Shown here in pieces: positions 40,722 through 58,124 of a stretch of 64,000 nt of DNA. How positions within the stretch are numbered: position 1 is the stretch's first letter; every line of letters begins with the position of its first letter. Origin of the DNA: an uncultured Nitrososphaeraceae archaeon (GTDB lineage: Archaea > Thermoproteota > Nitrososphaeria > Nitrososphaerales > Nitrososphaeraceae). The stretch is from contig CAVSMN010000012.1 of NCBI GenBank assembly GCA_963729045.1, positions 160,001 to 224,000 of the forward strand, given 5' to 3'. The notes under the pieces were generated by a model, which saw nothing but the letters and a program-made list of their open reading frames with translations, did no database searches and was not told the DNA's origin. Position numbers and translations under genes: made by a program.

Positions 40722-41835
40722 TTATGCACCAACCAATGTAATTTCCGAATTTGGAATTATGATGGATTTAGAATATTTACCATTCCTCTCAATTACTAAC
40801 CCTAATCCATCCTGTATCCTTTGCAGCGATTTCAATCCCAATTTGTTGGAATATATTCGAGGAAGACTTGAAATTAAAAAAATCTCATATTTTTCACTTA
40901 ACATATTTAAAAAATTAATGTGCTCCAAATCTTTTGAATATTGATATTTGTTCAGTCCATCTAAATCCAATCTGTTTTCAATTAGTTTAAGCAATGTCCC
41001 ATTACCTACTCCACCTCTATTTTCCGATAATAATATTATTATACCATGGTCGCTTACTACGTGGTAATTATTCCATAAGAGGTTTAAACTATTTCCAAGC
41101 GTAGTTTGGCAGGAATAGTTAGTGTTACCTGAAATGAATGCTGACTTTGAAGATTCAGCGGTTGGTTGTGTTATTCCCTTAAATCTTTGAATGGCTTCGT
41201 TGAATGAAGATGGAATGTCTCCGATGAAAATCGAGTCAATTCCTTCGTTATTAGAAATTACATGTATGGACTGCGAATTAATTTTAGATGTAACTTCGAT
41301 CGCCAACTTAAGAGGCTCACTGTACTTACCAGGTTGAGGTAACGAGTTAACTATGAATGAGTACACTTGGTTCATTTCATCTGGATAGCATTCCCTTAGT
41401 AATCTGACCGGGGATCCAGTATAACCAAATACCGGATCATATTCAATCCTATCTATCAAGATGGTGTTATTAAATTTGTTTACTTTCTCCAATACTTCCT
41501 CGCTGGCTAGTCTAACGAGGCTAATGCCAATCTCATTAATCTGTTGTTTTAGTCTTTGAGGAATAGACTTTGAAAGTATACAGTACCTCTATATTTTGAA
41601 TCTTCAATTCTTTGGACATGTTTTGGATAAATGATAATATTGGTAGCATAAAGAAAAATGGACTTGTAATCAGAATCAGAGTTGATTCTTGAATCACTAT
41701 CTTGTTTTGTATTTCAATTTCTAGTTTCTCCAAATCTAACTTATTCATCGTGGGTCTCGGTATTTGGGATATATTTTCATACTTGATATCCAATATAATT
41801 TCTGAATCACCATATCCTAACCATATTTCCGGCAT
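40722..41835 (-). CDS. degenerate lactate-racemase (LarA)-like protein, frameshift near 41570
   Basis: MPEIWLGYG N-terminus, DPVFGYTG, GIIILLSENRGGVG resemble the LarA architecture. Confidence 0.5.
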
Positions 41836-41893
41836 ATTAGATTATTTAAGAATGAGTAACATATAAAATCAAAGATTATCTAATTAGGAGAAG

Positions 41894-42517
41894 TTGAAGG
41901 AAAATGATAAATTACACTGAGAGGAAGATCTCATACTCTTTTTATTCGATAAAAATGCCATTAAGATCGGAAATTTTACACTATCGAGTGGCAGGAAGAG
42001 CCGGTTCTATTTGGATTTGCGAATTCTGCAGAGTTATCCATTGTATTTCAGAAAGACCATATCCTTACTGAAAAACCTTGTTCATTCGCAAATTGGCCTT
42101 GAAAATTTTGATTATATTTGCTCTATACCAACTTCAGGGACCATTTTTGGTTCAGCTCTTTCTTACGAACTCTTTAAACCTCATATATACGTCAGGAAGG
42201 ATCTAAAGAACTATGGTACGCAGAAAAAAATAGAAGGAACTTTAGAACCGAATTCAAAAATATTATTTGTGGATGATGTAATTACTACTGGACATTCAGT
42301 ATTATCGGGAATAGAATCGTTGTCCAATCATTCAGTTATAAGCGGAGTAGTTGTGCTGGTCGATAGACAGCAAGGGTCTCAAGATATGTTTGATCAGTTC
42401 GCATTAAAGGTAAAAAGCGCAATTCCAGTCCTTCGGATTATCAAAATCTTAAATGACAACGCTAGGATTGATATGAAGGAATATCATGCAATAAAAGAAG
42501 AAATATTAGGATTTTAG
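41894..42517 (+). CDS. pyrE: orotate phosphoribosyltransferase, start region disrupted near 41918
   Basis: GNFTLSSGRKSRFYLDLR upstream of the track start, YVRK..K.YG, VDDVITTGHS, VDR. Confidence 0.9.
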
Positions 42518-43076
42518 CTTTCATAAATCATTAAATTCTTTTCTTCCAAAAGATATGTAAATTGGTTACGGCCCTGTATACTTCAGTTTCTTTTTTAGCA
42601 CCGGTGCAAACAAGCTTACCACTAGCAAATAATAAAATTACTGTTTTTGGGTCGAACATTCTGTGAATTAATCCTGGAAATTGTTCTGGCTCGTACATAC
42701 TTCTTGGCAATATTCTGGCTGCTAATTCTAAATGGATTTTTCCTCCCAAGCTTGCTGAAGCAACAATATTCTGAATTTCAATGATTGGATCATTTTCTAC
42801 AGGAATTCCGCCTTTTCTTAACTTTTGAACCACACTTCTTACTGCTTTGATAGCTTGTTCTTCTGATTTTGCTCCCGTACATACCATCTTCCCTGAACTA
42901 AAAATTAGGGTAGCAGTTTTGGGGGCTTTTAATCTAAATACTAATCCTGGAAATTGATCTGGATGATATTCTACATCGGGAAATATTTGTGTAATCAAGT
43001 TTAAATTTATAGTTTGATTGACCGTTGCAGATGCCACAACGTTTTCTATACTTACCATTGGCTTTGTTTGAGGCAT
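42514..43076 (-). CDS. tbp: TATA-box binding protein, C-terminal frameshift near 42550
   Basis: Two repeats NVVAS/NIVAS, Y.P.QFPGL, IFSSGK/LFASGK; LEEKNLMIYES* in the shifted frame. Confidence 0.96.
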
Positions 43077-43405
43077 TATTCGTTCCTTGGGGGTATATAA
43101 ATACTCGATATAAATATACCTTTATGTGATATTGTCAAATTTGATCAATACCTATCTTTTTATTTTCTTGTAATCAATTATTTCAATATTTTTATAAATA
43201 ACTTAAAATAAAAATAAATTAATGAAATTACTAATTAATTAATTTTATTAAAATAATCATAACATGTAATTATTACATATAAATAAAGAAACTGGATTTT
43301 ATCCTCATATTATTCAAAAAGAAATCAAAACATGTATGTAGATTTAGGATGGTTAATCGAAACTTGAAAGTCCTACATTATACATTTTAAATACCCTTCT
43401 TAAAA

Positions 43406-44800
43406 ATGAAATCTATGTCTCAAAAAACTAGAATTGATAAGGATTCATTAGGCGAGGTGGTAGTCCCAGAAAATGCATATTATGGTCCATTCACTGCAAG
43501 AGCAAAGGAACAATATCAAATAACAAAACTCCCTCCACATAGGAACTTTGTCATGGCGTTCATAATGATTAAGAAAGCGGCTGCTATAACAAACCGAGAC
43601 CTTGGCGTGTTGTCGTCACAAATTGCCAACGCAATAATCAGAAGCTGTGATGAAATTTTGGCAGGAAAATTGTCTGATCAATTTGTAATCGAGACACTTA
43701 ATTCGGGAGCAAGTACCGCTTTTAATATGAATTGTAATGAGGTAATTGCAAACCGGGCGCTAGAGATCCTTGGCAAACCAAAGGGTTCTTACGAAATAAT
43801 CAGCCCGAATGACCATGTGAATATGTCTCAGTCAAGTAACGATACCTCTCCTACAGCCATTCATATTTCTATAATCATGAATTGTCAAGAGTTACTAAAA
43901 TCATTGGACCAATTGATCCGTTCAATAGAAAAAAAAGCAATTGACTTTAAAGATGATATAAAAATTGGTAGAACTCACTTGATGGATGCAATCCCTGTCA
44001 CCATGGGAGACGAATTTAGTTCATACTTGTTTGCATTAATAAAATCAAAAGAATTTATCATCGGGTCTCTGGAACAACTCTACTATGTCGCCCTTGGGGG
44101 AACGGCAGTAGGAACGGGCGCAAATACCCCAAAAGGTTATCAACCTCTTGTGGTGGAAAATCTAGCAAATATTTCTGGACTGCCATTGAAGCCGTCTCCT
44201 AACTTATTCTATTCTCTACAAAGTAGACTCGATGTTGCGAATTGCTCCTCTGCAATAAAAAATCTTGCCATAGAATTGACAAAAATGTCAAACGATTTTA
44301 GGTTGATGGCTTCAGGGCCCACTGCCGGATTTGCAGAAATCACTATTCCAGCTGTTCATGCAGGGTCCTCAATAATGCCGGGAAAAGTCAATCCTTCTCT
44401 TTCTGAGACCCTGAATATGATTTGTTTTATAGTAATCGGAAATGATCTTTCAGTCACTCTGGCATCTCAGGCAGGACAGTTTGAATTAAACGTCATGCTT
44501 GGAGGGATGGTTAAATCAGTGTTAGATTCCACCGATATGCTCACTAATTTTCTACCTATATTTTCCAAGAATATGGTTGATGGAATACAAACAAACAAAC
44601 AAAAACTTCAATTAAGCGTACAGAAGAGCCCTGTGTTGGTAACATTATTGAATCCCATAATAGGCTATCTAAAAGCAGCTGAAGTTTACAAAGAAGCTAT
44701 GTCGAGCAACAAAACCATTAAAGAAGTAATAATTGAGAGAAAATTAATGAGTGAGGAGGAATTCGATAACGCATTATCCAAGGAAAGACTCCTATCATGA
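43406..44800 (+). CDS. class II fumarase / aspartate ammonia-lyase
   Basis: NMNCNEVIANR, PNDHVNMSQSSND, GRTHLMDA, GSSIMPGKVNP. Confidence 0.9.
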   Translation: MKSMSQKTRIDKDSLGEVVVPENAYYGPFTARAKEQYQITKLPPHRNFVMAFIMIKKAAAITNRDLGVLSSQIANAIIRSCDEILAGKLSDQFVIETLNSGASTAFNMNCNEVIANRALEILGKPKGSYEIISPNDHVNMSQSSNDTSPTAIHISIIMNCQELLKSLDQLIRSIEKKAIDFKDDIKIGRTHLMDAIPVTMGDEFSSYLFALIKSKEFIIGSLEQLYYVALGGTAVGTGANTPKGYQPLVVENLANISGLPLKPSPNLFYSLQSRLDVANCSSAIKNLAIELTKMSNDFRLMASGPTAGFAEITIPAVHAGSSIMPGKVNPSLSETLNMICFIVIGNDLSVTLASQAGQFELNVMLGGMVKSVLDSTDMLTNFLPIFSKNMVDGIQTNKQKLQLSVQKSPVLVTLLNPIIGYLKAAEVYKEAMSSNKTIKEVIIERKLMSEEEFDNALSKERLLS

Positions 44801-44815
44801 TCAATACCCATCGTC

Positions 44816-45005
44816 TTATTTGTTAATTGAGGGGTGATATCCACAAATATCGCAATGCTTGAATTGTTCACCGTCTAGATGGTTGAAATGTACATCCACA
44901 GGCCTTACAAGTATGATGAGAATCCTCATATCCATCAGAAGCTATAAAATCGTTACTAATTAAACTTGGACTTTTGCAATTTATACATCTGCAATTGCAT
45001 TCCAT
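44816..45005 (-). CDS. small Cys/His-rich putative zinc-binding protein (probable frameshift near 44886)
   Basis: MECNCRCINCK...HHTCKACGCTF / NHLDGEQFKHCDICGY; not in the ORF track. Confidence 0.55.
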
Positions 45006-45068
45006 ATGTATATACATCTATCTCGTTATAAAAAATGTATTGTTTAAATTATGTAAACGATATAGTAC

Positions 45069-45579
45069 ATGATACAATTGAAGCAAATTATTTCCTCATC
45101 GTTTTCATTTCTAGTTCTTTTCTTACTGTTGTTAATCCCAATAGTCTATAATGAATTTGAAAGTGTCAAAGCGCAACAACAAGAACAAAATCAAACAGTC
45201 TTTGGTGTCGGTAGGAGGAGTGAATTTACTAACCAGTCTTTCGACAACTCCAGATTCTCAGTCTAAGGGATTAGCAATTAAGGATTCCCTCAATGAAAAC
45301 GAAGGGATGTTATTCATTTTTGAATTGCCACAAAAATACTCTTTTTGGATGAAGGACATGAAATTTCCGATAGACATAATTTGGATTAATTCGACTGGCA
45401 AGATCGTTCACATTGAGAAAAATCTTCCGCCCTGTGTCTTCTTGATTCCGTGTCCTTCCTATACACCAAATGATGATTCATTGTATGTATTAGAAGTTGT
45501 ATCCAATTTTACAAACAAATTTGACATAAATATCGGTGACGCCGTCGACTCTAAAGTCATAAAACAGAGTCAGCGTTAG
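45069..45579 (+). CDS. DUF192-family protein with N-terminal signal anchor, frameshift near 45200
   Basis: GL...EGMLFIF...FWMKDMKFPIDIIW...YVLEV. Confidence 0.85.
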
Positions 45580-46217
45580 AATTTTTATGCTAGGATTTGA
45601 AACTATCAACTAACTTCTTGTGGTAGCTACTGAGACATTGTAATCCTGAATCTTGGTCTTTTGGTATTACTTGAATTTTTTTTAATTGCTTTACAGAATA
45701 AATTGATTTCAGAAAATTAAAGCAAGTTTCACAGACATACATATCTTAATAATATAGTAATTGTCAATTAATTTGTTATTTTAGTTTGATGAATCATTAA
45801 GAAATGCGACAGGTTTTTTGTTACCTTTGTGCCTATGATTAAATTTGTAGCAGTAATCAGCCACCAGGGAGATAACTCAGTTCTAATAAGAAGTATATAG
45901 GAGAATACGATTATCATCGATTTTAAGTCATCTATTAATCGTTATTCTTTGGTTCATCTCTATTTTACATATCATCTATTATAATTCTACTGTCAGTGTA
46001 ATGAATTTCTTTATCCAAAGAATCTATATTCTAAATTCAACTTTAAGAATTACGACGATAAAGATTTTTTTCGTTGTTCGCCACATATGGCAAATACTTA
46101 TCAAATCTCAATAGTTTATCCAGTTCAACAATTTATCACGAGAGCAATAGAATTTCGTATTGTTATGTTATTGTATGTTAACACTTAAAAATAGGTAGTA
46201 TTGTAAAAGAAGATATC

Positions 46218-46376
46218 ATGGCTGCCCGCAAAAGTACAACCAGAAAAATAAGACTATTGAAAAAAATCAAACAAAATAGACCGGTGCCAGCCTGGATTAT
46301 TATTCGGACACACCGACATGTTAGAACAAATCCAAAAAGAAGGTCATGGCGCAGATCAGATGTGAATATAGGATAA
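46218..46376 (+). CDS. rpl39e: 50S ribosomal protein L39e
   Basis: MAARKSTTRKIRLLKKIKQNRPVPAWIIIRT...NPKRRSWRRS; below the track length cutoff. Confidence 0.95.
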   Translation: MAARKSTTRKIRLLKKIKQNRPVPAWIIIRTHRHVRTNPKRRSWRRSDVNIG

Positions 46377-46394
46377 AAAAGGAGATAATGTAAA

Positions 46395-46820
46395 ATGTCA
46401 ACAGTTGAGGATACACTCGCAAGAATATATACAATAAATTTCAGTAAAGCATGGTTAACACCAAAGCATAAGAGAACTGATAGAGTAGTTAACATGATTA
46501 AAGAATTCGCTATAAAACATATGAAAAGCTCGCAAATTAAGATTGATCAAGAGCTGAATCGATATATTTGGGAAAGAGGCAAAACTAATCCCCCAAGAAA
46601 GGTGAGGGTTAGAATTGTGAAGGATGAAGATGATCAGGTTATAGTTTCTCTATATGAGGATATTGTCATCGAATCAGATTCTCAAACTAAAACCGAAACA
46701 TCAGAAAAGGTCGAAGTGGAAGATGATAGTGTTCCAGTTGAAGAGAGCGGACCGAAAAAAAGAAATAACAATGATCATAATTTAATCTTGAATTATATTC
46801 AAATAATTTTTTATATTTAG
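46395..46820 (+). CDS. rpl31e: 50S ribosomal protein L31e
   Basis: RIYTIN, KIDQELNRYIWERG..NPPRKVRV; the tail after the acidic stretch is uncertain. Confidence 0.92.
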   Translation: MSTVEDTLARIYTINFSKAWLTPKHKRTDRVVNMIKEFAIKHMKSSQIKIDQELNRYIWERGKTNPPRKVRVRIVKDEDDQVIVSLYEDIVIESDSQTKTETSEKVEVEDDSVPVEESGPKKRNNNDHNLILNYIQIIFYI

Positions 46821-46902
46821 AATTATCAATAATTTCAGAAATAAAAAAATACTTGACTGTGGCGTTACGCCTTAGATTTTATTTCTTTTTTAAGTATCAA
46901 AA

Positions 46903-47894
46903 TCAATTATTGGATCTTCTGTTAACTAAAGTAAATCCTGATTCAATATCATTGAAATAAGGTAATTGAATATCATCCATTGCTATTTCAGGTTCAAAAT
47001 CTAAAATATTTTTCTTCGGAATCAAAAAGTTCAGCGGATCGTATCCTGATACAATGTCTTTATTTGTTTTCACCAGGATATGACATTTTGTGGTATCATT
47101 CCCTTCTTCTAGTATGTTTACTTCTTGTTCAGCCTCCGAAAGTAAATTATTGGCTGTTTCTATTACATTTTTCATTATTGAAATTTTTTCAGTAGGCTGA
47201 TACAAATAGAGCGAGCATTTTTGGATACTATTAATATCAATTTTTTGTGTTAGTTGAGCCATTGTTTCTATAAAGGCATTCTTTATCCCTTTTGTAGATT
47301 TATTAGAAGTAACAAAATTAAATTTTTCTGGAAAACTCTTGGTCACTGATTGAACTATTATATCGACTATTGCTGTATTTGTAATCTTGTAGCATTGTTC
47401 AATGGAAATATCATTACCATTTCTTATTATTGCATTGTTATCAATTACTATAACACTGTTAACGAATTTACATAAAAAAGAAAGAGATACTCCGCAACGA
47501 AATAACTTTTCTTTCTCAAATCCAAAAGGAAGTATAGTTAAGCAAATTATCTCTCGATTCATGTTGTTCTTTAGCATTTGAGATAAAACTGGCAATACTG
47601 CTGAGCCAAACTTGGAAGCCAAGTTTCCAACAATGATAATAGATTGGTATTGGTTAACCTTTGATAAAATATCTTCTGTTGCTTCCAATAATGTTTTTCT
47701 AATTTGGTCTAAGATGGATTAATTCTGGAAGGAATAGTTATTTCAATTTTATTATCAAAATCTGAGCCGGTCGAGGAATGATTCTCCAAAAGAAGATAAT
47801 CTAAATTTACTTTTTCCAATACTTCAGTTGTTATCTTTATCCCTGCATTCCCAACACCGATAATACACGTATTCAAAGTATTAGCATTTTTCAA
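46903..47894 (-). CDS. ftsZ: divergent FtsZ/tubulin-family protein, frameshift near 47712
   Basis: IIGVGNAGIKI start, LPFGFE, IVIDNN; GGGTG signature replaced by NLASKFGSA. Confidence 0.7.
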
Positions 47895-47955
47895 TCGTCA
47901 TTAACAAACCTTAGTCGATAGATAAAAGTGTTGTGTGATCACTTGTGGTCGTAGA

Positions 47956-49535
47956 CTAAACTGGAATTGCGTTTAAGACATGATTTGAATAGCCTATTAC
48001 TCTGACTCTGACTCTCTTGCCTATGAAAGGATTGTCAAAATATAATATACTATTCTTATAAGGACCAGTTTTGATAACCATATTTTCTTCCTTTTGATCC
48101 GTATATTTGTGATAGACCTTTGATTCTTGTATTCTTGAATGATAAGTTGGTTTGGTTCTTTCCTTTCAAAAATGACTCATCAGGATCACGTTCTAGAATT
48201 ATTGATTTGTAATAATCATTCCTCCCCTTCAGCTTTCCGTTTTCAATTTCGTTAATGAGGACCTCTCCTTCCCAATTTATCCACTTGGAATTTCTCCTTT
48301 TTGCTATTGCTTTGATTAAATTATGCAGCCTTTCTGATCTAGCTGAAATTATGTCGTCATCGACCTTTTTTAATTTCGATGCGGCAGTTCCGGGCCTAGA
48401 ACTGAATTTCGATGAATTAACAATATCGGGATCTATAAATGATATTAAATCTAAAGTCTGTTCAAAATCCTCATTGGTTTCTGTTGGGAATCCAGTAATA
48501 ATGTCTGTTGCAATTGTGATTTCTGGAATCTTGTCTTTCAATCTCGTGATAAGATCTTTGGTGGTATTAACCGTGTGTCCTCTTTTCATTTTCCTTAAGA
48601 TTCTTTCGCTCCCGCTCTGGATGGGGATGTGGATGAATTTAAAAAGCTTATTACTTTCTGAATATAGCGTCGATAGATCGTTTATCATTCTGTTCAGATA
48701 CATTGGGTTCATCATTCCGAGTCTTATCTTAAATTCTTGTTCTATTTTTTCGCAGCTCCTTAACAAATTTATTAAGTTAGTCCCAATGTCCAATCCATAA
48801 CATCCATTATCCGTAGATGTAAGCCAAATCTCTTTACTCCCATGTTCTAAATCTTCTCTTATTTGTTTAACTATTTCACCAATTCTATAACTCCTTAGGT
48901 CACCCTTTGCAAGCTTTGTTTGGCAAAAGGTACATTCGCTTAGACAACCAGTTGAGATTTCAATGATACTAATTATCGGACTGATCCGGAACTTAGGTAT
49001 ATTTATTTTTTCAATATTTGAATTCACTAAGCTTGACACAGTTTGTCCACCCAATGCTGCATGAGCGACCTCGACTACCTTATCAATAGAATTTGGTCCA
49101 ATTATGCTGGCGTGGGAATTGGCAGATTTTACTAAACTCTCATCAGCTGCCGGCAAGCAACCAGCAATAATCAAAGGCTTGTTAGTATTAGTCAAATACT
49201 TAATCCGATGAATCATTTTATGTTCAGTAGAATTTTTTACCGAGCAGGTTACTATCAAATTAATACTAGAGTTCTCTGGATTCTCAGCCAACCTGAATCC
49301 CCGTAGTTTTAGCCTGTCCCGCCATCATTTCTAAATCAGCAAAATTGGCTGAGCAACCATAACCTTCGATCCAGAAACTGGGTCTTTGTTGATACTCATC
49401 ATTTTTTGGTTCTTCATCTGTTCCATATCCAGCATTTTTTCTAATTCTTTTTTTAGAAGGTATTTCTGTTCTTTTTAAGAGTTTAATATGGTCAATTAAT
49501 TGTGGCTTTAAGGAAACGAAAATTGATGCAGCCAT
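47956..49535 (-). CDS. radical-SAM tRNA methylthiotransferase (MiaB-like, archaeal MtaB type), frameshifts near 49290 and 48070
   Basis: YGCSAN, VTCSVK, AGCLP, GCLSECTFC, QSGS, TDIITGFPTE, TRAM-like tail IGKRVRVRV. Confidence 0.9.
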
Positions 49536-49684
49536 CTATTGTTCTGTTGGTTGTAATAGATCTCAATCTCACTTCTTGGTTGAATCGAATTGAGAAATAT
49601 ACCTTTTCCTTAACAACCTACTAGAACCTTGTGAGTTGTCATTAGTTAATATATATCTCTCCAGACCGAAAACGTACTTTAGTC

Positions 49685-50440
49685 ATGAATATTCTTAATA
49701 ATTGCTATGTAGTGACGAAACAAATCTTTATCATTGCGTATATGACAGGATTCCTTTGGTTAAGAAGGAATCCACTGTCATTAATATTCACGGCCATTTC
49801 TCCATTTTCATTGTTGTTCATATTATTTGTAGTAAGTAGTGGTGAATACGTACAGTTTGCCGTTGCTGGCAGTCTGGTTATGGCGCTAGTAGGTTACGGA
49901 TTGGCTTTAGGTCAAGATATTTCATTTTACAAAATTGAATATAAAATGCAAGACGTATTTGTTGCCTCTCCAGTTTCTTCCATAACCTATATGCTGGGAT
50001 TGGCTTTGTCACAATTACTATATGGGCTACCTGCACTGATGGTTTTGCTCTCACTTGCCGTATATTTTTCAGTTTCTTTAAATTTCATTCCTTTGTTATT
50101 ATTAAATGTCTTTCTCATTTGGGGGACTATGTCTTCCATAGGATTTTTCTTGTCTTCTCACATGCTGCATATGCGAAATGCCACTCAGTTAATTTCTTTC
50201 GTAAATGTTATTATTGCTATTATACCTCCAGTTTTTTATTCAATAGAAAAATTACCCTTAGATTTACAATTCATATCATATTTTGTTCCCACCACTCATG
50301 CCTCATTGATGTTGCAATATTCAATGGGTTTTCCAGTACCTCCGGGTTGGACCATCTCATTAGGATTATTTGTCCAAACTGCATACTTTGTTTTTTTTAT
50401 ATTGGTGGCAAAGAAAAAGGCTTTGTGGAGAGAAAATTAG
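49685..50440 (+). CDS. ABC-2 type exporter permease
   Basis: Six hydrophobic segments, PVFYSIEKLP...PTTH. Confidence 0.8.
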   Translation: MNILNNCYVVTKQIFIIAYMTGFLWLRRNPLSLIFTAISPFSLLFILFVVSSGEYVQFAVAGSLVMALVGYGLALGQDISFYKIEYKMQDVFVASPVSSITYMLGLALSQLLYGLPALMVLLSLAVYFSVSLNFIPLLLLNVFLIWGTMSSIGFFLSSHMLHMRNATQLISFVNVIIAIIPPVFYSIEKLPLDLQFISYFVPTTHASLMLQYSMGFPVPPGWTISLGLFVQTAYFVFFILVAKKKALWREN

Positions 50441-50486
50441 GGTGAGAATGGGTGATATGTATGCTAAAACTCTTGCTTTAGTCTAA

Positions 50487-51822
50487 TTATTGTTTATTCT
50501 GTTCAAATATTCTTCTAGTGGAATCGACCAATTTAACTACATCTTTCTTATCATTTGCGTTTGAAAAAGCTCCCATCTTCCCTGGCAAGAAAAATATATC
50601 ATGTTTAGCCATTAGTGCCAGATTATAATTAATTAAAATCTCCCTATCGCTTAGTGCTGCATCAACAGCATTGTCTATCCTCTCTGTCTTTTCATTCAGG
50701 AAATGAACCATGAATAATGAACCTATTCCTGTAACTTGGACTCTTATTCCAAGCTCAACGAATAATTTTGTCAATTCTCTTCTTGCAGTTTCTCCAAGAC
50801 CATTGATTCTCTCATAGATTCCTGGATTTTTTCTTAGCTCTTTTAAAGTATGATATCCCGCCTTCATAGTCAATGGGTTTGCTGAAAATGTACCTCCCCC
50901 AATCGAACAGTATGAAGATTTATTATTGTCCACAGTTGCATCTGCCAATTTCATTATTTCTTTCTTCCCGCAGACAGCTCCAATGGGAAGTCCTCCGCCA
51001 ATAATTTTGCCCAATGTAAAAAGGTCAGGGTCTAATTTGAATATGTTCATCGCACCATCAAAGGCAAATCTGAATCCAGTAACTATTTCGTCTAGTATGA
51101 AGAGGCTTTCGTTCCTTTTAGCAAACTCTTGTAATCCGAGTAGATACCCGTCCTGAGGAGGAATGCATCCTGCTCCACCCATAATCGGTTCGACAATAAT
51201 CGCTGCAAGGTCATCCTTAATAGACTCTAACACCTTGATGGATCTTTCTAAATCGTTAAATTGTAATGATTCAATAAAATGACCCTCATCTTCAATTAGT
51301 CCCATACCTTCATCCGCCTCATAAGGATAATTCACAGATTGCAAGAGGTTTGTATTAAAACCATGCCATCCACCCTCTACTTTGGCAATCACTCTTTTAC
51401 CCGTCGCAGCCCTGGCTAAACGAATTGCATACATGGTCGCTTCTGAGCCAGTACCTACAGAATCTTAAATTCTCCGCCAGGGGTATGGCCTTATGAATTT
51501 CATTACCTAGTTTCCAACTTGCTTTATTTGCAGTCCCATAGAGAGTACCTTTACCAACTTGCTTCTTTAATTTCGATGTCACGATCTCCGGAGAATGTCC
51601 AAGGATGAGAGCCCAGTGACCATTCCAAAAATCCAAATACCTGTTTCCATCAATGTCAAATAAATATTTACCACGTGACTTGATGGTAAAAAAAGGATAA
51701 GGTTTAAAGTATCGAATATTATGATTTATTCCCCCGGGAAAAATGTCTCTGGATTTGAAATACAAATTCATGGATTCAAATGTCTTACTCTTATACAAAT
51801 CCGCATAGTCTTCATATTTCAT
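50487..51822 (-). CDS. hemL: glutamate-1-semialdehyde 2,1-aminomutase-like aminotransferase, frameshift near 51455
   Basis: PGG, D.DGNRYLD, LGH, DEIVTGFR, PDLFTLGKIIGGGLP, GTFSANPL. Confidence 0.85.
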
Positions 51823-52615
51823 ATGTAATTTATTGTCCCTTCTCAGAATCTTTTATATGTTTTTAAATTTTAGATTGAGATAATAAATTATTCAAAGATA
51901 TTCTGGAAGGATTATTTTATTCAGTAATCTATTTTACATTCGATCAAAATTTAATGAAAATCAGAGTACCTTTTGCCGTGTCCAGATTTAATTGACTTAT
52001 TAGCAAAATAAATATCATTATTATTGTTAATCTAAGAACAAGATTTATATTAATATTTTTTTGATTGTAAATAGAACGTATCCAAGATAAAAGGCGGAGT
52101 CGGTAATGAATTTGGCAATGCCACAATGTGATTTATAGACTTCCAGATGCGCTCATAACATTGTAAAGCTACAAAATAAAAAAATAGGGGGATTCGATCA
52201 AAAAAATCAGTGCTGACCTGATGGATTGAATCTGACATGGGAATGATCAGATAGACTAGAAATTTAGATTACGATACTAATAAAAGTTAACAGTATGTTT
52301 TAGTTAAGATTTAGATCAATTGCTAAATTATGGATTCTCATAATTATGGCTTTGAATCAGAAGCATAGAAGACGTTTTGTCAAGTTAATGTTATGTACCT
52401 TGGAGTATTATTATTTTAGGTAATAGAAAATACACTTGTATTTTACATAAAAACAACATACAAATCTAGTTTTTCGATCGTACTCTTTCTCTTTATTGTT
52501 AATCTAAAAATAGAATAACAATAAAGAAAGAAACTCAATAAACGTCCTTTCAATTTTTCGATCTATTCTTTCCTGAGATGGGGAAGAAGATAACAGAAGA
52601 AGAAGAGAAATGGAC

Positions 52616-52632
52616 GATATTTATATATAAAA
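52616..52632 (+). promoter_or_regulatory. probable rRNA operon TATA box
   Basis: TTTATATATAAA after a purine-rich tract, ~110 nt upstream of the 16S. Confidence 0.5.
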
Positions 52633-52737
52633 TAAACAAACAAACTCGTAAAAAAAGTTAGTTTGTTTATGTGAGAATCAACCGACGATTTATAATAAAG
52701 TAAATAATAATTCTACAGCCATTATTTACTTTATTTG

Positions 52738-54206
<1,469 letters not shown>

Positions 54207-55178
54207 TAGTTATTATATTGTAGTAGTGGTAGTGGGTTAGAAAGGGCCTTGTGCTCTTTCTAATCTGCGAGACTTTACAATAATTATACTAATAAAATAA
54301 AATAAAATAAATCCCTAAATCTATCTATCAATCATCTATCAATCCATACTATACACACTTATCTGTCCTGTCCATTACGAATGGACGATGATAAGATAGT
54401 ATAGCAGTAGAGTAGGATGGTAGATAAAGAAGGGAGTGCAATCAAATCAAAACTGATCAATCAATTCCTTCATTTTTCATACGGTTTGAAAAACTGATTA
54501 GTATGTTGTATTTTTATACAAATTGATATAAAGACAAAGATTAGAAAGAAAGAGAGCCCGTTAGTAAAACACACCAATATGACCTTAATCAAATGCAATT
54601 ACGTCTATGCAAATTCTTGATCGGCCTTCTTCTTTTAGAAATTAGAATAGCGTTGAAAATTAGAACGTTAGAATATAATCAGTCTATCTGATCATTCCAA
54701 TTAAAATCAGCATATAGTATCGGATGCAATTCTTTGTCTCATGTAAATGAGGAGTAGAAGATAAAGAATGAAGTTGATGTAGTAAATGTGAGTTTACAAT
54801 GATCATCATGTAAAGGAAAACTCCAATTGAATAAGGATATCAACAACATGTAGTAACACATTATCGCGGATTTCAAAATAGATTATATTCGCGTAATAAC
54901 AATGCAGTCATAATAATAAACAAAATTTCAGTTGATTGTTATAGTGCAATATGTGTGTTATAGTTGTAGGTAAACAGCAAATAATCTTTCATACATACGA
55001 AATACCAATACCAACCAAATTGAATTAGACTTTTCTACCACAAGTGGAACTAACTAACTAACTAACTAATAGATAACTAATAACAAACAAAAGATCCAAA
55101 GGACAAAGAAAGAAACTCCAAATAAAAAAGTAATTAATTAATTAATTAATTTATTAATTAATTTATAACTACTGGACT

Positions 55179-58124
<2,946 letters not shown>

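Noticed and set aside
41918..41920. In-frame TGA near the pyrE start as possible selenocysteine or readthrough
   Set aside because: Non-catalytic position, and an alternative ATG at 41904 plus one indel explains it, in line with the other assembly errors
46903..47894. FtsZ lacking the GGGTG tubulin signature as a novelty
   Set aside because: Divergent FtsZ is already known in Nitrososphaerota, which divide with the Cdv system
51823..52600. Small ORFs and CTGA/TGAT boxes near 52210-52240 suggesting a C/D sRNA
   Set aside because: No proper RTGATGA box or guide spacing; AT-rich intergenic DNA
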